Made by a program: the position numbers and the translations under genes. From IMG/VR virus record IMGVR_UViG_3300010396_000007, positions 1 to 64,000 of that record: a stretch of DNA of 64,000 nucleotides. One strand, written 5' to 3'. The notes below the pieces were generated by a model. The model saw nothing but the letters and a program-made list of their open reading frames with translations. It did not search any database and was not told where the DNA came from. The number at the start of each line of letters is the position of its first letter. Positions within the stretch are counted from its first letter, which is position 1. This DNA comes from a virus. This document shows positions 8,770 to 18,751 of the stretch, in pieces.

Positions 8770-9286
8770 AGGTTTTGATTTATCAGGACAACGATTTGGG
8801 AATCTCCGCGTCGAGGATAGAACAAACGAACGCGGTCATGGCGGGGGTGTCATTTGGAACTGTACGTGTGATTGCGGAAATAAATGTAAAAAGCTAGCTG
8901 GAGATTTAAGAAGTGGTCATGTGAAATCTTGTGGATGTGCCAATGTAGAGCAACGAAGAAAAAGACCGTATGAGGCATTATACAATAATTTCATAAACGT
9001 GGGAGTAAAAAGAAAAGGACGAGTATTATCAAATACTCTAACCTACGAAGAGTTTTTAGAATTTATTCAAAATGGTCATTGCTTTTATTGTGGTGACAAA
9101 GTTGAATGGGCTGAATACAACATCGTAAGGAACAAAGCATCGTATAAACTTGATAGAAAAGATTCTAGCTTAGGTTATACAAAAGAAAATTGTGTAGTTT
9201 GTTGCCCAATGTGTAATCAAATGAAGTTAAAGCTTAGCTGTATAGATTTTATACGGCAAGTTCGAAAAATAGCAGAACATTTTTAG
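8759..9286 (+). CDS. HNH-type homing endonuclease
   Basis: DLSGQRFG..WNCTCDCG..SCGC; LDRKDSSLGYTKENCV. Confidence 0.85.
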   Translation: MASKGFDLSGQRFGNLRVEDRTNERGHGGGVIWNCTCDCGNKCKKLAGDLRSGHVKSCGCANVEQRRKRPYEALYNNFINVGVKRKGRVLSNTLTYEEFLEFIQNGHCFYCGDKVEWAEYNIVRNKASYKLDRKDSSLGYTKENCVVCCPMCNQMKLKLSCIDFIRQVRKIAEHF

Positions 9287-9294
9287 GAGGAAAT

Positions 9295-9747
9295 TTGAAA
9301 ATTTACTTAGCCGCCCGTTACTCTAGACGCGACGAATTGCGAGAGTACAAGAAGCAATTAGAAGAAGTGGGAATCGTGGTGACTTCCCGCTGGCTTGATG
9401 AAAAGGAACCACTAGACTCCCAGATGGGGCAGCATAGTGACGAGTTTTACGTAGAAACAGCAACCATTGACCTAGAAGATATTGACAAGGCCGATGCAGT
9501 AATTTTCTTTTCCGAAGACCCTTTAACTGGATGGGTACGCGGTGGAAGACATGTAGAGTATGGTTATGCCATTGGTACTGGTAAGTCCATAGCAATTATC
9601 GGGCCGAAGGAAAATGTATTCCATTATCTTGAAAATCCTAGAGCTAATCTTATCCATTTACCTAGTCTTGAGGAATTCATTTCTCAGTATACGAGAGTCA
9701 AGGAAAAAGAGCTTTTGGAATTTGTAAATGCAGTATTTGGAGAGTAA
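9295..9747 (+). CDS. Nucleoside 2-deoxyribosyltransferase-like protein
   Basis: KIYLAA, DLEDIDKAD, GGRHVEYGYA. Confidence 0.8.
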   Translation: MKIYLAARYSRRDELREYKKQLEEVGIVVTSRWLDEKEPLDSQMGQHSDEFYVETATIDLEDIDKADAVIFFSEDPLTGWVRGGRHVEYGYAIGTGKSIAIIGPKENVFHYLENPRANLIHLPSLEEFISQYTRVKEKELLEFVNAVFGE

Positions 9748-10517
9748 TGGAAGCAATTAATGCAGTCCCACAGTTTCCTGTGCAGGCGACAATTGTGGGA
9801 GAAAAGGTAGCCGGGGAAGCGGCTAAGGTACGTAAGCAACTTGAACAGTTAATTAAGAAAGTCAATAGTTCTGCATTTGATATTGCCGAACTGTTGCATA
9901 CAATCAAAAAGAACGGGTACTATGAAGGGTTCACGACCTTCCAAGAATACGTAAAAACTCTTGAGATTAAGCCCCGCAAGGCACAGTACTTGAGACGAAT
10001 CGCTGAAGTCATGGAAATTATGACCATCGCGCGCGACAAGTATGAACCCCTTGGTGTAGCAAAGCTTAGAGAGATTACTAGCCTTGATGTTGGTGGTACT
10101 TGGATAAATCCTGAGACTAAAGAGGAAACTCCAATAAAAGCCTTCGTTCAAGGATTCATTGACAAGGGTAAAGACATGCCTCTTGAAGAAATCAAGAACC
10201 ATGTAAAAACTCTGAAAGGTTTAATTGGGGAAGACGCGATGGCTTGGCTCCATTTGTACATGAAGGAGCAGGCGATTGATAAGGTTGTCCGACCAGCAAT
10301 GGAACTTGCCAAAGCTCAGATTGGGTCTGTAGGCAAGGATGACGAGGGTGTAAGTAAAGATGCATCCGATGGCGCAGCAATCGAATCTATATGTGGGGCG
10401 TTCTTAGCGGACCCTGCAAATGAGATTTTGGCGGGAGGAGATTATGCCGTATCAACAGAGGATGGATCAACCGACGATGCCGACCAGACCGGGGACAACA
10501 ACGACAACAAAGTATAG
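9747..10517 (+). CDS. Hypothetical, probably DNA-binding protein
   Basis: GFTTFQEYV..LEIKPRKAQYL helix pattern. Confidence 0.6.
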   Translation: MEAINAVPQFPVQATIVGEKVAGEAAKVRKQLEQLIKKVNSSAFDIAELLHTIKKNGYYEGFTTFQEYVKTLEIKPRKAQYLRRIAEVMEIMTIARDKYEPLGVAKLREITSLDVGGTWINPETKEETPIKAFVQGFIDKGKDMPLEEIKNHVKTLKGLIGEDAMAWLHLYMKEQAIDKVVRPAMELAKAQIGSVGKDDEGVSKDASDGAAIESICGAFLADPANEILAGGDYAVSTEDGSTDDADQTGDNNDNKV

Positions 10518-10698
10518 TTGTGGACATGTATTGTGTACTACTACTAACCCAGTTATCTACGATCCGGCAGGTATTTTATGTGCTATTCAGATAAATGAAA
10601 CGTCTGATAAAACATGTGGACATTGTGAGAAAATTGAGCAAGATAGGAGAACCCGTTGAGGAACCTGATACTGAATCTACAGTGGATAATTCTTAATT

Positions 10699-10959
10699 AT
10701 GCTGCCTATTTACCTATCTTGCTTTCGTAGAGATGGTTGGAAGTGTAGACATTGTGGTGACCGGGGAGGATTACATCCACACCACATTGTCTATCAGTCA
10801 CATCAAGGTGAAGATAAACTTAACAATCTCATAACCTTATGTGCCCAATGTCATTTAATAGGAATACACCAAGGAAAGCTGAAACTTGAAGTAATTGAAT
10901 TACTTGATAATGATGTGAAAGTAAAATTCACAAGGATAAAGAATTGGAAACCTCAGTAA
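10699..10959 (+). CDS. HNH endonuclease
   Basis: RDGWKCRHCG..HHI..NLITLCAQCH...H. Confidence 0.85.
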   Translation: MLPIYLSCFRRDGWKCRHCGDRGGLHPHHIVYQSHQGEDKLNNLITLCAQCHLIGIHQGKLKLEVIELLDNDVKVKFTRIKNWKPQ

Positions 10960-11351
10960 AACCTAAATTCGATATAAAAGCTTATAGAAAACAGTATAGG
11001 CTAGACCATCGTGACCGTATCGAAGAAACTAGAAGAATTAGATCGCGTAAGAATCCCGCTAAAAGGTTATTCTCTAACGCAAAGAAAAGGGCTAAAGAAA
11101 TCAATGTACCTTTTTCCATAGAGCCAAGTGATATTAAAGTGCCAGAATATTGTCCAATTTTAGGAATTCTTTTATTTGTTGGAAATGGAAAGCAGGGAGC
11201 AAATTCTCCAAGCGTGGATAGAATTGATTCCAGTAAAGGGTATGAGAAGGGCAATGTACAGGTTATATCATACAAAGCAAACGCAATGAAGCAGAATGCG
11301 ACTAAAGAGGAATTGGTCAAATTTGCTGAATGGATTTTATCAGGGAAATAA
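10944..11351 (+). CDS. HNH-type endonuclease
   Basis: CPILG..SPSVDRIDSSKGYEKGNV..AN.MK. Confidence 0.8.
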   Translation: METSVKPKFDIKAYRKQYRLDHRDRIEETRRIRSRKNPAKRLFSNAKKRAKEINVPFSIEPSDIKVPEYCPILGILLFVGNGKQGANSPSVDRIDSSKGYEKGNVQVISYKANAMKQNATKEELVKFAEWILSGK

Positions 11352-13063
11352 TGCCTCTACGTGTATACCAAAATTTAGCCGTCAATGCGATTGATTCATC
11401 CCTAGCTGCCGAGATTAACCGGCAGCTTTTGGTTATGGCGACGGGAACTGGTAAAACTGAGGTATTCTCCCATCTTCCTGAGAAGCTAAAGCATAGACTT
11501 CCGGGACAGCAAATGGTGCTCCTGCATCGTGACGAGCTTGCACAGCAGGCTATTAAGAAACTTCAGAAGCGAAACCCCGGTAAAATCGTACAGCAAGAGG
11601 CAGGCGCGGAACATTGCGACCCTGCTGTAGCGGACATGATTGTAGCAAGCGTGCAGACTCTTGGGCGCAAAGGTACAAAGCGTCTTGCGAAGTTTAACAA
11701 GAACACACTCGATAAGTTTGTTGTGGATGAAGCACACCGTAGTATAGCAGATTCTTATTACAATGTCTACAACCATTTCGAGTTACTAAAGGATAAAGAC
11801 CCGCGACTGTTACTGGGTGTAACAGCTACCCCGACCCGTGGGGACGGGGAAGGGTTAGGAAAGCTTTACCAGAAGATTGTTTATACGTATTCTTTACGGC
11901 AAGCTATCGAAGATGGCTTTCTCGTTGATGTAAAAGGAATTAGAGTAGATACGGAGATTTCACTTGACAATGTTAAAACAACTATGGGCGACTTTAACCA
12001 AGATGACCTTGCTAAAGAAGTCGATAATCCTTACCGTAATAATCTTGTCGCTATTGCTTATAGTGAGCATTGCGCGGGACGCCAAGCAATCGGATTCGGG
12101 GTCAACATCCAACATTCATGTAATCTTGCAAATACATTTAAAGATAGGGGATTCAACGCCGAAGCCGTCTGGGGAGCCGACCCAGACCGGGACGACAAAA
12201 TCCAACGATTCCGTGAAGGAAAGATAGACATACTCTTTAACGCACAGCTATTAGTAGAAGGTTTCGATCTAGCTACTATTGGATGTGTTATTCTAGCTGC
12301 TCCTACAAAGAGTGGTGTAGTATTTAGTCAAAGAGTGGGTAGAGGTACGAGATTAGACTTACCAGACGGTTTCGATAATTTACATGAGTACCGTTCGTAT
12401 ATGAAAGACCTAGCATTAAGCACTGAAGGTCTAAAAGAGGACTGTATCATCCTTGATGTATGTGATGCTACGACGCGCCACAGCCTCATAACGCTGCCGA
12501 CACTACTTGGACTACCTTCTGGCCTCAATATGCGCGGGAAATCGCTTGTAGGGACTGCTAGGGCCATTGAAGATATGATTGCGAAGTACCCGCATCTAGA
12601 CTTTAGCACCCTTAAGGACGCAGATAAAGTTGAAGCTTTTGTTGAATCGGTGAATCTATTTGAAGTGAAATTCCCAAGTGAGGTTGAGGCTAACAGCGAA
12701 TTCACATGGCACCCTGCGTATTCTGGCGGTTACCTATTGATGTTACCAGACAAAGATTCTCTCAGAATTGAAGAAAATTTGTTGACAAAATGGGTCATAA
12801 GTGGTAATATTAAGGGTAAGAAGTATAAAGGCGAACGTAACACCATGGCAGAAGCATTTTCTGCCGCTGATGATTTGATTAAAAAGATAGCCCCGGAAGC
12901 TCTAAAGATTGTGAAACGTGAGGCGCATTGGCATAATGACCCTCCTACGCCGGGGCAGTTAAAGCTACTTGCTAAGTTGTTTAGAGGCAAGCAAATACCG
13001 GCGGATTTAACAAAAGGTGCAGCAAGTAAACTAATCGGGTCCGCATTAGCGGGAAAAGGATAA
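11351..13063 (+). CDS. SF2 DEAH helicase
   Basis: ATGTGKT, DEAH, TAT, EGFD, QRVGRGTR. Confidence 0.92.
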   Translation: MPLRVYQNLAVNAIDSSLAAEINRQLLVMATGTGKTEVFSHLPEKLKHRLPGQQMVLLHRDELAQQAIKKLQKRNPGKIVQQEAGAEHCDPAVADMIVASVQTLGRKGTKRLAKFNKNTLDKFVVDEAHRSIADSYYNVYNHFELLKDKDPRLLLGVTATPTRGDGEGLGKLYQKIVYTYSLRQAIEDGFLVDVKGIRVDTEISLDNVKTTMGDFNQDDLAKEVDNPYRNNLVAIAYSEHCAGRQAIGFGVNIQHSCNLANTFKDRGFNAEAVWGADPDRDDKIQRFREGKIDILFNAQLLVEGFDLATIGCVILAAPTKSGVVFSQRVGRGTRLDLPDGFDNLHEYRSYMKDLALSTEGLKEDCIILDVCDATTRHSLITLPTLLGLPSGLNMRGKSLVGTARAIEDMIAKYPHLDFSTLKDADKVEAFVESVNLFEVKFPSEVEANSEFTWHPAYSGGYLLMLPDKDSLRIEENLLTKWVISGNIKGKKYKGERNTMAEAFSAADDLIKKIAPEALKIVKREAHWHNDPPTPGQLKLLAKLFRGKQIPADLTKGAASKLIGSALAGKG

Positions 13064-13066
13064 ATA

Positions 13067-13366
13067 ATGGATAAGACTCTGAGTGAAAAGCAGTTTAACT
13101 TCTTGAAAGCATTGTGTGAGAATGAAACTTACATCATGCTTGTCCCTGCTGTATTAGATGAGGACCCAGAAGAACTTAAGGAAAAGCACCGGGCCGGTAT
13201 GACGGATATCCGCGAACTTGCCGAGATGGGTTTCATTGAGAACATTACCGACAAGTTCCAAGAGATGCTTGATATTGTCAAGAAGGAAGGGGCGCGCGGA
13301 TTTGAAGCATTCCTTGTGACAGCAGATACGGCGCGCATGTTTACACCGGGAGCAAATATACAATGA
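13067..13366 (+). CDS. Hypothetical protein
   Basis: ORF with SD. Confidence 0.65.
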   Translation: MDKTLSEKQFNFLKALCENETYIMLVPAVLDEDPEELKEKHRAGMTDIRELAEMGFIENITDKFQEMLDIVKKEGARGFEAFLVTADTARMFTPGANIQ

Positions 13367-13527
13367 AGAACAAGATTTTTATAGTAACAAGTGAAGATGG
13401 TGAAACTCAGCTTAGGTTAGCTGCACTGTCCGCTAAAGAAGCAATTAAAAGAGCGCAAGAGTACTTACCTTACTATTTTGGAAAGGAAGCAACTGCTATT
13501 AGAGATACTAGCGGTTCAAGAGAATAA
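13363..13527 (+). CDS. Small hypothetical protein
   Basis: ATGA overlap with previous stop; 54 aa. Confidence 0.5.
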   Translation: MKNKIFIVTSEDGETQLRLAALSAKEAIKRAQEYLPYYFGKEATAIRDTSGSRE

Positions 13528-13615
13528 TGAGCAAGCCTATGTACTACTACTCTTGCGCAGTATGCGGAAAAGTTATGCTAATAGGACAGGGGCATAGGTG
13601 CGAGGGAAAGAAATA

Positions 13616-13858
13616 ATGGACACACAAAACATTAGGTCACGCGAGCCGCTGTCTAGCTTCATCCGGTATTGTGTGACCCATCCCGAAGAACGTTTCTGGC
13701 AAGCTCTAAAGAATTGGAGCGACTATCAGCGTATCAGTGCGGTAGAGATTTATCACGACCCGGAGCCTGTTCCAAACCCGTTAATGATATCGGGATACAG
13801 GGAAACACACATGGATACCTATAACTGGGAAGGAAGACGATATGACGAAAAAAGCTAA
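13616..13858 (+). CDS. Hypothetical protein
   Basis: HPEERFWQAL motif. Confidence 0.6.
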   Translation: MDTQNIRSREPLSSFIRYCVTHPEERFWQALKNWSDYQRISAVEIYHDPEPVPNPLMISGYRETHMDTYNWEGRRYDEKS

Positions 13859-15065
13859 CCACCAAGCGAACATAGTACGCATTTCTCAAATTGAGAAACA
13901 TCCGAACGCGGACACTCTTGAGATTATCAAGATTGGCGAATATCAAGTCGTGTCTAAAATCGGACAGTTCAAGGTGGGAGACTTGGGCGTTTATATTCAG
14001 CCTGATAGTGTTGTGCCTCAGACTGAGCCGTTTAGGTTTATCTGGGAGCCGCATCAAGTTCTAGCAGCCGATAGTCCTTATGCGTTTCATTCTCCTGTAC
14101 CGGAACGTAAGAGACGTATCACGGTTAGAAAATTCCGTAAAGAGTGGTCAGAGGGTTTGCTGCTTCCAATTAGTGATTTCTGGACTCTGGATCATTTCGA
14201 ATCTAATGGTGACCAACATGTAGCCGTTACTTGGGATGAAGCAGACCAAGAACCCGGTTATTTATATGAAGGGCAGGATATATCTGACCTTCTAGGGATT
14301 ACTCACTACGACCCGGACACTGAGAGTACCAAAGGAGAGAACAGCAATGCTCCAAAACTCAGCAAAAAGTACCCAAAGAGCCTTCGTGGATGGTACAACT
14401 TCCTTGTGCGTAAGATTAAGAACTTCTTTGGCAAGGACGACCTTGGGGGTTCAAACGACAATATCAGTTTGGGGATTCCTGTGTACGATGTAGACGCTCT
14501 AAAGAACTATCCCAAGACGTTCGAAGACGGGGAGCCGGTAATCGTTACTGAGAAGATTCACGGAAGTAATGCGCGCTTCTTGTTCCTTGAAGGGGTAATG
14601 TATGCAGGGTCACGTAAGCTATGGAAGTCACCAAATTCTACTTGCATTTTCCGCCGTGCTGTGAAAGAATTGAAGTGGATTGAGGAATGGTGCCGTGAGC
14701 ATGAAGGTTATGTATTGTGGGGCGAGCTTACCCCAACTCAAGGCGGCTTTGAATACGGTAGTAAACACGTCCAATTCTTCGTGTTTGATATCCGTACTCC
14801 CGATGGGAAATGGTTGGACAGGGAGCACGATGAAGCTGGATTACTCGCGCAGTTGATGGACTATTCAGTTCCTATTCTGTATCAGGGTCCATATGACCTT
14901 GAAGTAATCAAGAAGTTCGTAGACGGTCCTTCTATGGTCCCTCTGGCGAAGAACATTCGTGAAGGTGTGGTTATCAAGACTGCTACTGAGAAGCACAAGA
15001 CTGGTATCGGACGCTGCCAGATGAAGGTGGTATCGAATGCGTACCTCGAAAAAGATAATAAATAA
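13842..15065 (+). CDS. RNA ligase, DRB0094/Rnl2-like family
   Basis: HPNADTLE, SEGLLLP, TEKIHGSN, GE, FDI, EGVV. Confidence 0.88.
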   Translation: MTKKANHQANIVRISQIEKHPNADTLEIIKIGEYQVVSKIGQFKVGDLGVYIQPDSVVPQTEPFRFIWEPHQVLAADSPYAFHSPVPERKRRITVRKFRKEWSEGLLLPISDFWTLDHFESNGDQHVAVTWDEADQEPGYLYEGQDISDLLGITHYDPDTESTKGENSNAPKLSKKYPKSLRGWYNFLVRKIKNFFGKDDLGGSNDNISLGIPVYDVDALKNYPKTFEDGEPVIVTEKIHGSNARFLFLEGVMYAGSRKLWKSPNSTCIFRRAVKELKWIEEWCREHEGYVLWGELTPTQGGFEYGSKHVQFFVFDIRTPDGKWLDREHDEAGLLAQLMDYSVPILYQGPYDLEVIKKFVDGPSMVPLAKNIREGVVIKTATEKHKTGIGRCQMKVVSNAYLEKDNK

Positions 15066-15119
15066 TTGCTAACCTTTTACATTACTATTCGTCTAATATG
15101 GTGTAGTATAAAGGAAAGC

Positions 15120-15653
15120 ATGGAAAAAGTATGTACTAAATGTAAGAAATCAAAATCTTTAACTCTATTTCCTGCAAATAAACATTGCGAGGGAGGAAAA
15201 GATTCTTGGTGTAAACCTTGTAAAAATGAAAGTTCGAAGGCATATTATAACAAAAATAGAGATGCCCAGAAAAAGAGAATGAGAGAATACGGGAGAAAAT
15301 GTTGGCCGGGACTTGTCCAAAAGAGATTGAAAAACCCGGAGAAATATCTTTGCAAAATAGCGCGCAGTAGGGCTAAAAAAGAAGGTATTACATTTTCGAT
15401 AACCCCAGATGATATCCACATACCAGAATTTTGTCCGGTTTTGGGCATCAAGTTGGAGTTTTCAGTAGGAAAGCATTCGACAGATTGTTCTCCGACACTG
15501 GATAAATTAATCCCAGAACTAGGTTATGTACCGGGAAATATATCGGTAATTTCAAAAAGAGCTAACAGATTAAAAGGAGATGCCTGCTTAGGTGAAATTG
15601 AATCGTTGCTAACGTGGATGACTAAGCAGATATACCAAAAGGACAACAAATAA
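15120..15653 (+). CDS. HNH-type endonuclease
   Basis: KVCTKC..WCKPC; CPVLG..SPTLDK..GYVPGNI. Confidence 0.8.
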   Translation: MEKVCTKCKKSKSLTLFPANKHCEGGKDSWCKPCKNESSKAYYNKNRDAQKKRMREYGRKCWPGLVQKRLKNPEKYLCKIARSRAKKEGITFSITPDDIHIPEFCPVLGIKLEFSVGKHSTDCSPTLDKLIPELGYVPGNISVISKRANRLKGDACLGEIESLLTWMTKQIYQKDNK

Positions 15654-16201
15654 TGGACGTAGCTAACATGCCAAAAGTTGTACCGATGGAGGAGCGCGAG
15701 TGGTTCGTGCTCTTTGCCATCTGTGTAGCTGGAAAGAGTGCGAAGCAGACTCAGGACAAGCTTAATCAATATTTAGCTGGAGTTACATTATCTCCATTCG
15801 ACATTGTGAGGACAGATATAAAATTAGAATGGCTAGAAAGTCTTCTTAGAGATTGTAAAATGGGTCAGTACAAACGTATTGTAAAAGCATTCAAGGAAGT
15901 AGTCAAGTTGAACGTTAAGACAGACCTAACCGTAGAGAAGCTAGAAGCCATTCCCGGCATTGGTCCTAAGACGGCGCGGTTTATTGTATTGTATACGGAC
16001 CCAGATGCGAACTGTGTCCCACTTGACACTCATATTTTGAAGTTTCTAAGAGAATGTGGTTACAGAGCGCCGAAGAGTACTCCACCTAAAGGTAATGTGT
16101 ATAAATGGTTGGAAGCTAAGTTTCAAATTGAAGCTGCAAAAAGAGACAAGACCGTAAGACAACTCGATACGGAGGTATGGCAGTCTTACGCAAAGAAGTA
16201 A
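15653..16201 (+). CDS. HhH DNA glycosylase/AP lyase (Ogg-like)
   Basis: IPGIGPKTARF and LDTHIL. Confidence 0.8.
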   Translation: MDVANMPKVVPMEEREWFVLFAICVAGKSAKQTQDKLNQYLAGVTLSPFDIVRTDIKLEWLESLLRDCKMGQYKRIVKAFKEVVKLNVKTDLTVEKLEAIPGIGPKTARFIVLYTDPDANCVPLDTHILKFLRECGYRAPKSTPPKGNVYKWLEAKFQIEAAKRDKTVRQLDTEVWQSYAKK

Positions 16202-16211
16202 CCGGGGGTAA

Positions 16212-18245
16212 ATGGTAATACCAAGTGAATTTCAGGGCAGCGCAGCCCTTCAGTTAATACAGTCGCAAGGTTGGAATTTCAAAGTAGTCAACTCAAGTGA
16301 AGTAGTTTTAGGCAAATGCCCGTTATGTGGCAAAGATGACCACTGCTACATGCAAATTAAAGGCGCAGCAGCCGAAGATAAGAACAAGGATGGGTTGTTT
16401 CTCTGTCAGCGTTGCGGCAAGAGTGGTAACCTTTATCTACTAAAAGAGAAGCTAGGACTAATTATACCCGGAGTATCCTCACAAAAGGAATGGGGTAACT
16501 CTGAAAAGAAGATTGATCCACTACCTGATACCGAAGCCTGCCATGCAGCGCTAATGGAAGATGATGACGCTCTTGCGTACCTAATGCAGATTAGAGGATT
16601 CAGTCTTGATATCATTAAGAAGCAAAAGCTTGGTCTAACCAAGACGTACTTCAAAGCTACAGGTAAAGACACACGAGCATTAGTATTCCCGTACCTAGTC
16701 AACGGCAACACCGTATGGGCGCACTTTAGAACCCTCCCGGACCCTAACGATCTAAAGAAGGTCCCTAAGGACTTCGCAGCGCCGAAGGGTTGGGAGTCTA
16801 CCCTCTATAACGGCGAAGTACTCAAGCCCGGTCTGAAAGATATTGTACTGGTAGAGGGTGAGATGAATTGTCTTGCCGCTATGAATGTTGGTATTCACAA
16901 CATTTGTGGCGTGCCGGGTGCAAATATAAAGAAGGCCGAATGGATTACCAAGATAGACGAAATAGGATTGGAGAAAGTCTATGTATGCTACGATTCTGAC
17001 AAGGTGGGGCAGAGAGAGGCACAGGCGATTGCGTCCCGTATTGGTATCGAAAGGTGCTATAAAATTATTCTTCCAACCTTTGATGTGGTTACGGAATCTG
17101 GGGAAACACGTAAAGGTAAGGACCTTAATGAATGGTTCCAAAATGGAGGGACAGCGTCAGCATTCGAACAGTTAAAGCAGGATGCACTCTTGTTCGATGT
17201 AGATGGTGTTTCATCTGCCATGGACGCCCTTGACGAATTCACCGAAGAGTTAGACGGTAAAGGTGCTGGACAGAAATACGTTTGGCCGCTCATCTCTGAG
17301 CTTATTCAGTTTGATGAAGGCGATATCATCGACATTCTAGCCGAAGAGAAAATCGGCAAGACCAAGTTCGGTATGAACCTAATTGAGTACATGGTTGATA
17401 CCTATGGTGACGATGGAATCATTATCTGTGCTGAAATGACACGCGCGAAGCTAGCCCGTTCGTGGGTTAGCCACAAGGCGCAAGTAGCAGATAATCTACC
17501 GAAGACGCCTGAAGAGGCAGCAGCACTAACCGAAGCGTTCAAACAAGCCATTCCCGGAGTCAAGGATATGGCAGCAAACCGGGAGGGAACACTCTACCTG
17601 TGTTATCCAAAGTTCACTACAATGGATGACATTTACAAGCTGGTAACCGATTGTATCAGACGCTACGGAGTCAAATGGGTAATGCTGGACAACCTGCAAA
17701 GGTTTTGTGACCTAACAAAAGGGACACGGAACAGAACCGAATGGCTGTCCGAAATCAGCAAGCGTACCTCACAGATTGGTAAAGACTATAATGTGCAGAT
17801 GATTCGTATTCTACAGCCGCACAGAGTAGGAGAGAACCATTTGACCAGTGTATCTAGTGTAGACGGTGCCTCACAAATCGCTAAAGACTGTGATGGCATG
17901 TTGATTCTCAACCGTAATCGTATTGGAGGAGTGGATAAGAACACATTCCAGTCCGGGGCATTCGTAGAAAGCAATACCACATTTTCACCTGAGACATTAG
18001 TGACATGTGGGATCAGCCGATACAGTGCAGGCGGTGAGACTCAGGTATGGTTTGACGGGGCTACAAGTACCTTCAGCAAGCTCAACGAGGGTAAGGTGAA
18101 GTCTATGAAGGAAAGTGTTGGCAACGGCATTCTAAAGGGCGCTAAAGGCCCAGACCCGGTAATGCCGTTAGACGCCCTGAAAGCAGCCATGGCACCCGAG
18201 CCAACTGCACCATGGCAAAATGTAGAAGGAAACATTGTCATATGA
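16212..18245 (+). CDS. Primase-helicase (T7 gp4/Twinkle architecture)
   Basis: Zn finger, TOPRIM EGE/YDSD, Walker A AEEKIGKT, LDNLQ. Confidence 0.85.
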   Translation: MVIPSEFQGSAALQLIQSQGWNFKVVNSSEVVLGKCPLCGKDDHCYMQIKGAAAEDKNKDGLFLCQRCGKSGNLYLLKEKLGLIIPGVSSQKEWGNSEKKIDPLPDTEACHAALMEDDDALAYLMQIRGFSLDIIKKQKLGLTKTYFKATGKDTRALVFPYLVNGNTVWAHFRTLPDPNDLKKVPKDFAAPKGWESTLYNGEVLKPGLKDIVLVEGEMNCLAAMNVGIHNICGVPGANIKKAEWITKIDEIGLEKVYVCYDSDKVGQREAQAIASRIGIERCYKIILPTFDVVTESGETRKGKDLNEWFQNGGTASAFEQLKQDALLFDVDGVSSAMDALDEFTEELDGKGAGQKYVWPLISELIQFDEGDIIDILAEEKIGKTKFGMNLIEYMVDTYGDDGIIICAEMTRAKLARSWVSHKAQVADNLPKTPEEAAALTEAFKQAIPGVKDMAANREGTLYLCYPKFTTMDDIYKLVTDCIRRYGVKWVMLDNLQRFCDLTKGTRNRTEWLSEISKRTSQIGKDYNVQMIRILQPHRVGENHLTSVSSVDGASQIAKDCDGMLILNRNRIGGVDKNTFQSGAFVESNTTFSPETLVTCGISRYSAGGETQVWFDGATSTFSKLNEGKVKSMKESVGNGILKGAKGPDPVMPLDALKAAMAPEPTAPWQNVEGNIVI

Positions 18246-18751
18246 AGTCAAAACTAACAGTGTATGATATCTCATATATTATGAAAAAGTTTAGGCTGAA
18301 GACTGTCGAAGACTTTGCAGACTTTGGCCTAAGACTTACAGCTATAGGGTCTGGTTGTTCCCGTAATGTTTACGCCATTCGTGGATACAATCTTGTCGTT
18401 AAGATTCCATTTGGTGATGACAAAGGTGAACTTAAAAGTGCTAGACGACACGCAATGCAGGAATATAAAGCATATCGAAGAATAGCAAATGAGAGGATTA
18501 AAAAGTATAAACCATTGCGGAAGTATCTTCCTGAGATTCATTGTCATACCAAAGACGGTCTTATTCTAATGGATAAATATAAAGTAGTAGGCTACGGGAA
18601 GAAATACGAGAAAGAGATTCAAGAGATACGCCGACATGCTAATTATCTGTTCCCAGAAAATGACGGAACGGATATGTACGGGGAAAACATAGGCCGAGAT
18701 GCCGAAGGAAATTTAGTGATTCTCGATTTTGGATGCTTTTTTAGATGGTAA
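18242..18751 (+). CDS. Minimal protein-kinase-like protein
   Basis: GSGCSRNVY, VVK, QEY, DMYGEN, ILDFG. Confidence 0.7.
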   Translation: MKSKLTVYDISYIMKKFRLKTVEDFADFGLRLTAIGSGCSRNVYAIRGYNLVVKIPFGDDKGELKSARRHAMQEYKAYRRIANERIKKYKPLRKYLPEIHCHTKDGLILMDKYKVVGYGKKYEKEIQEIRRHANYLFPENDGTDMYGENIGRDAEGNLVILDFGCFFRW

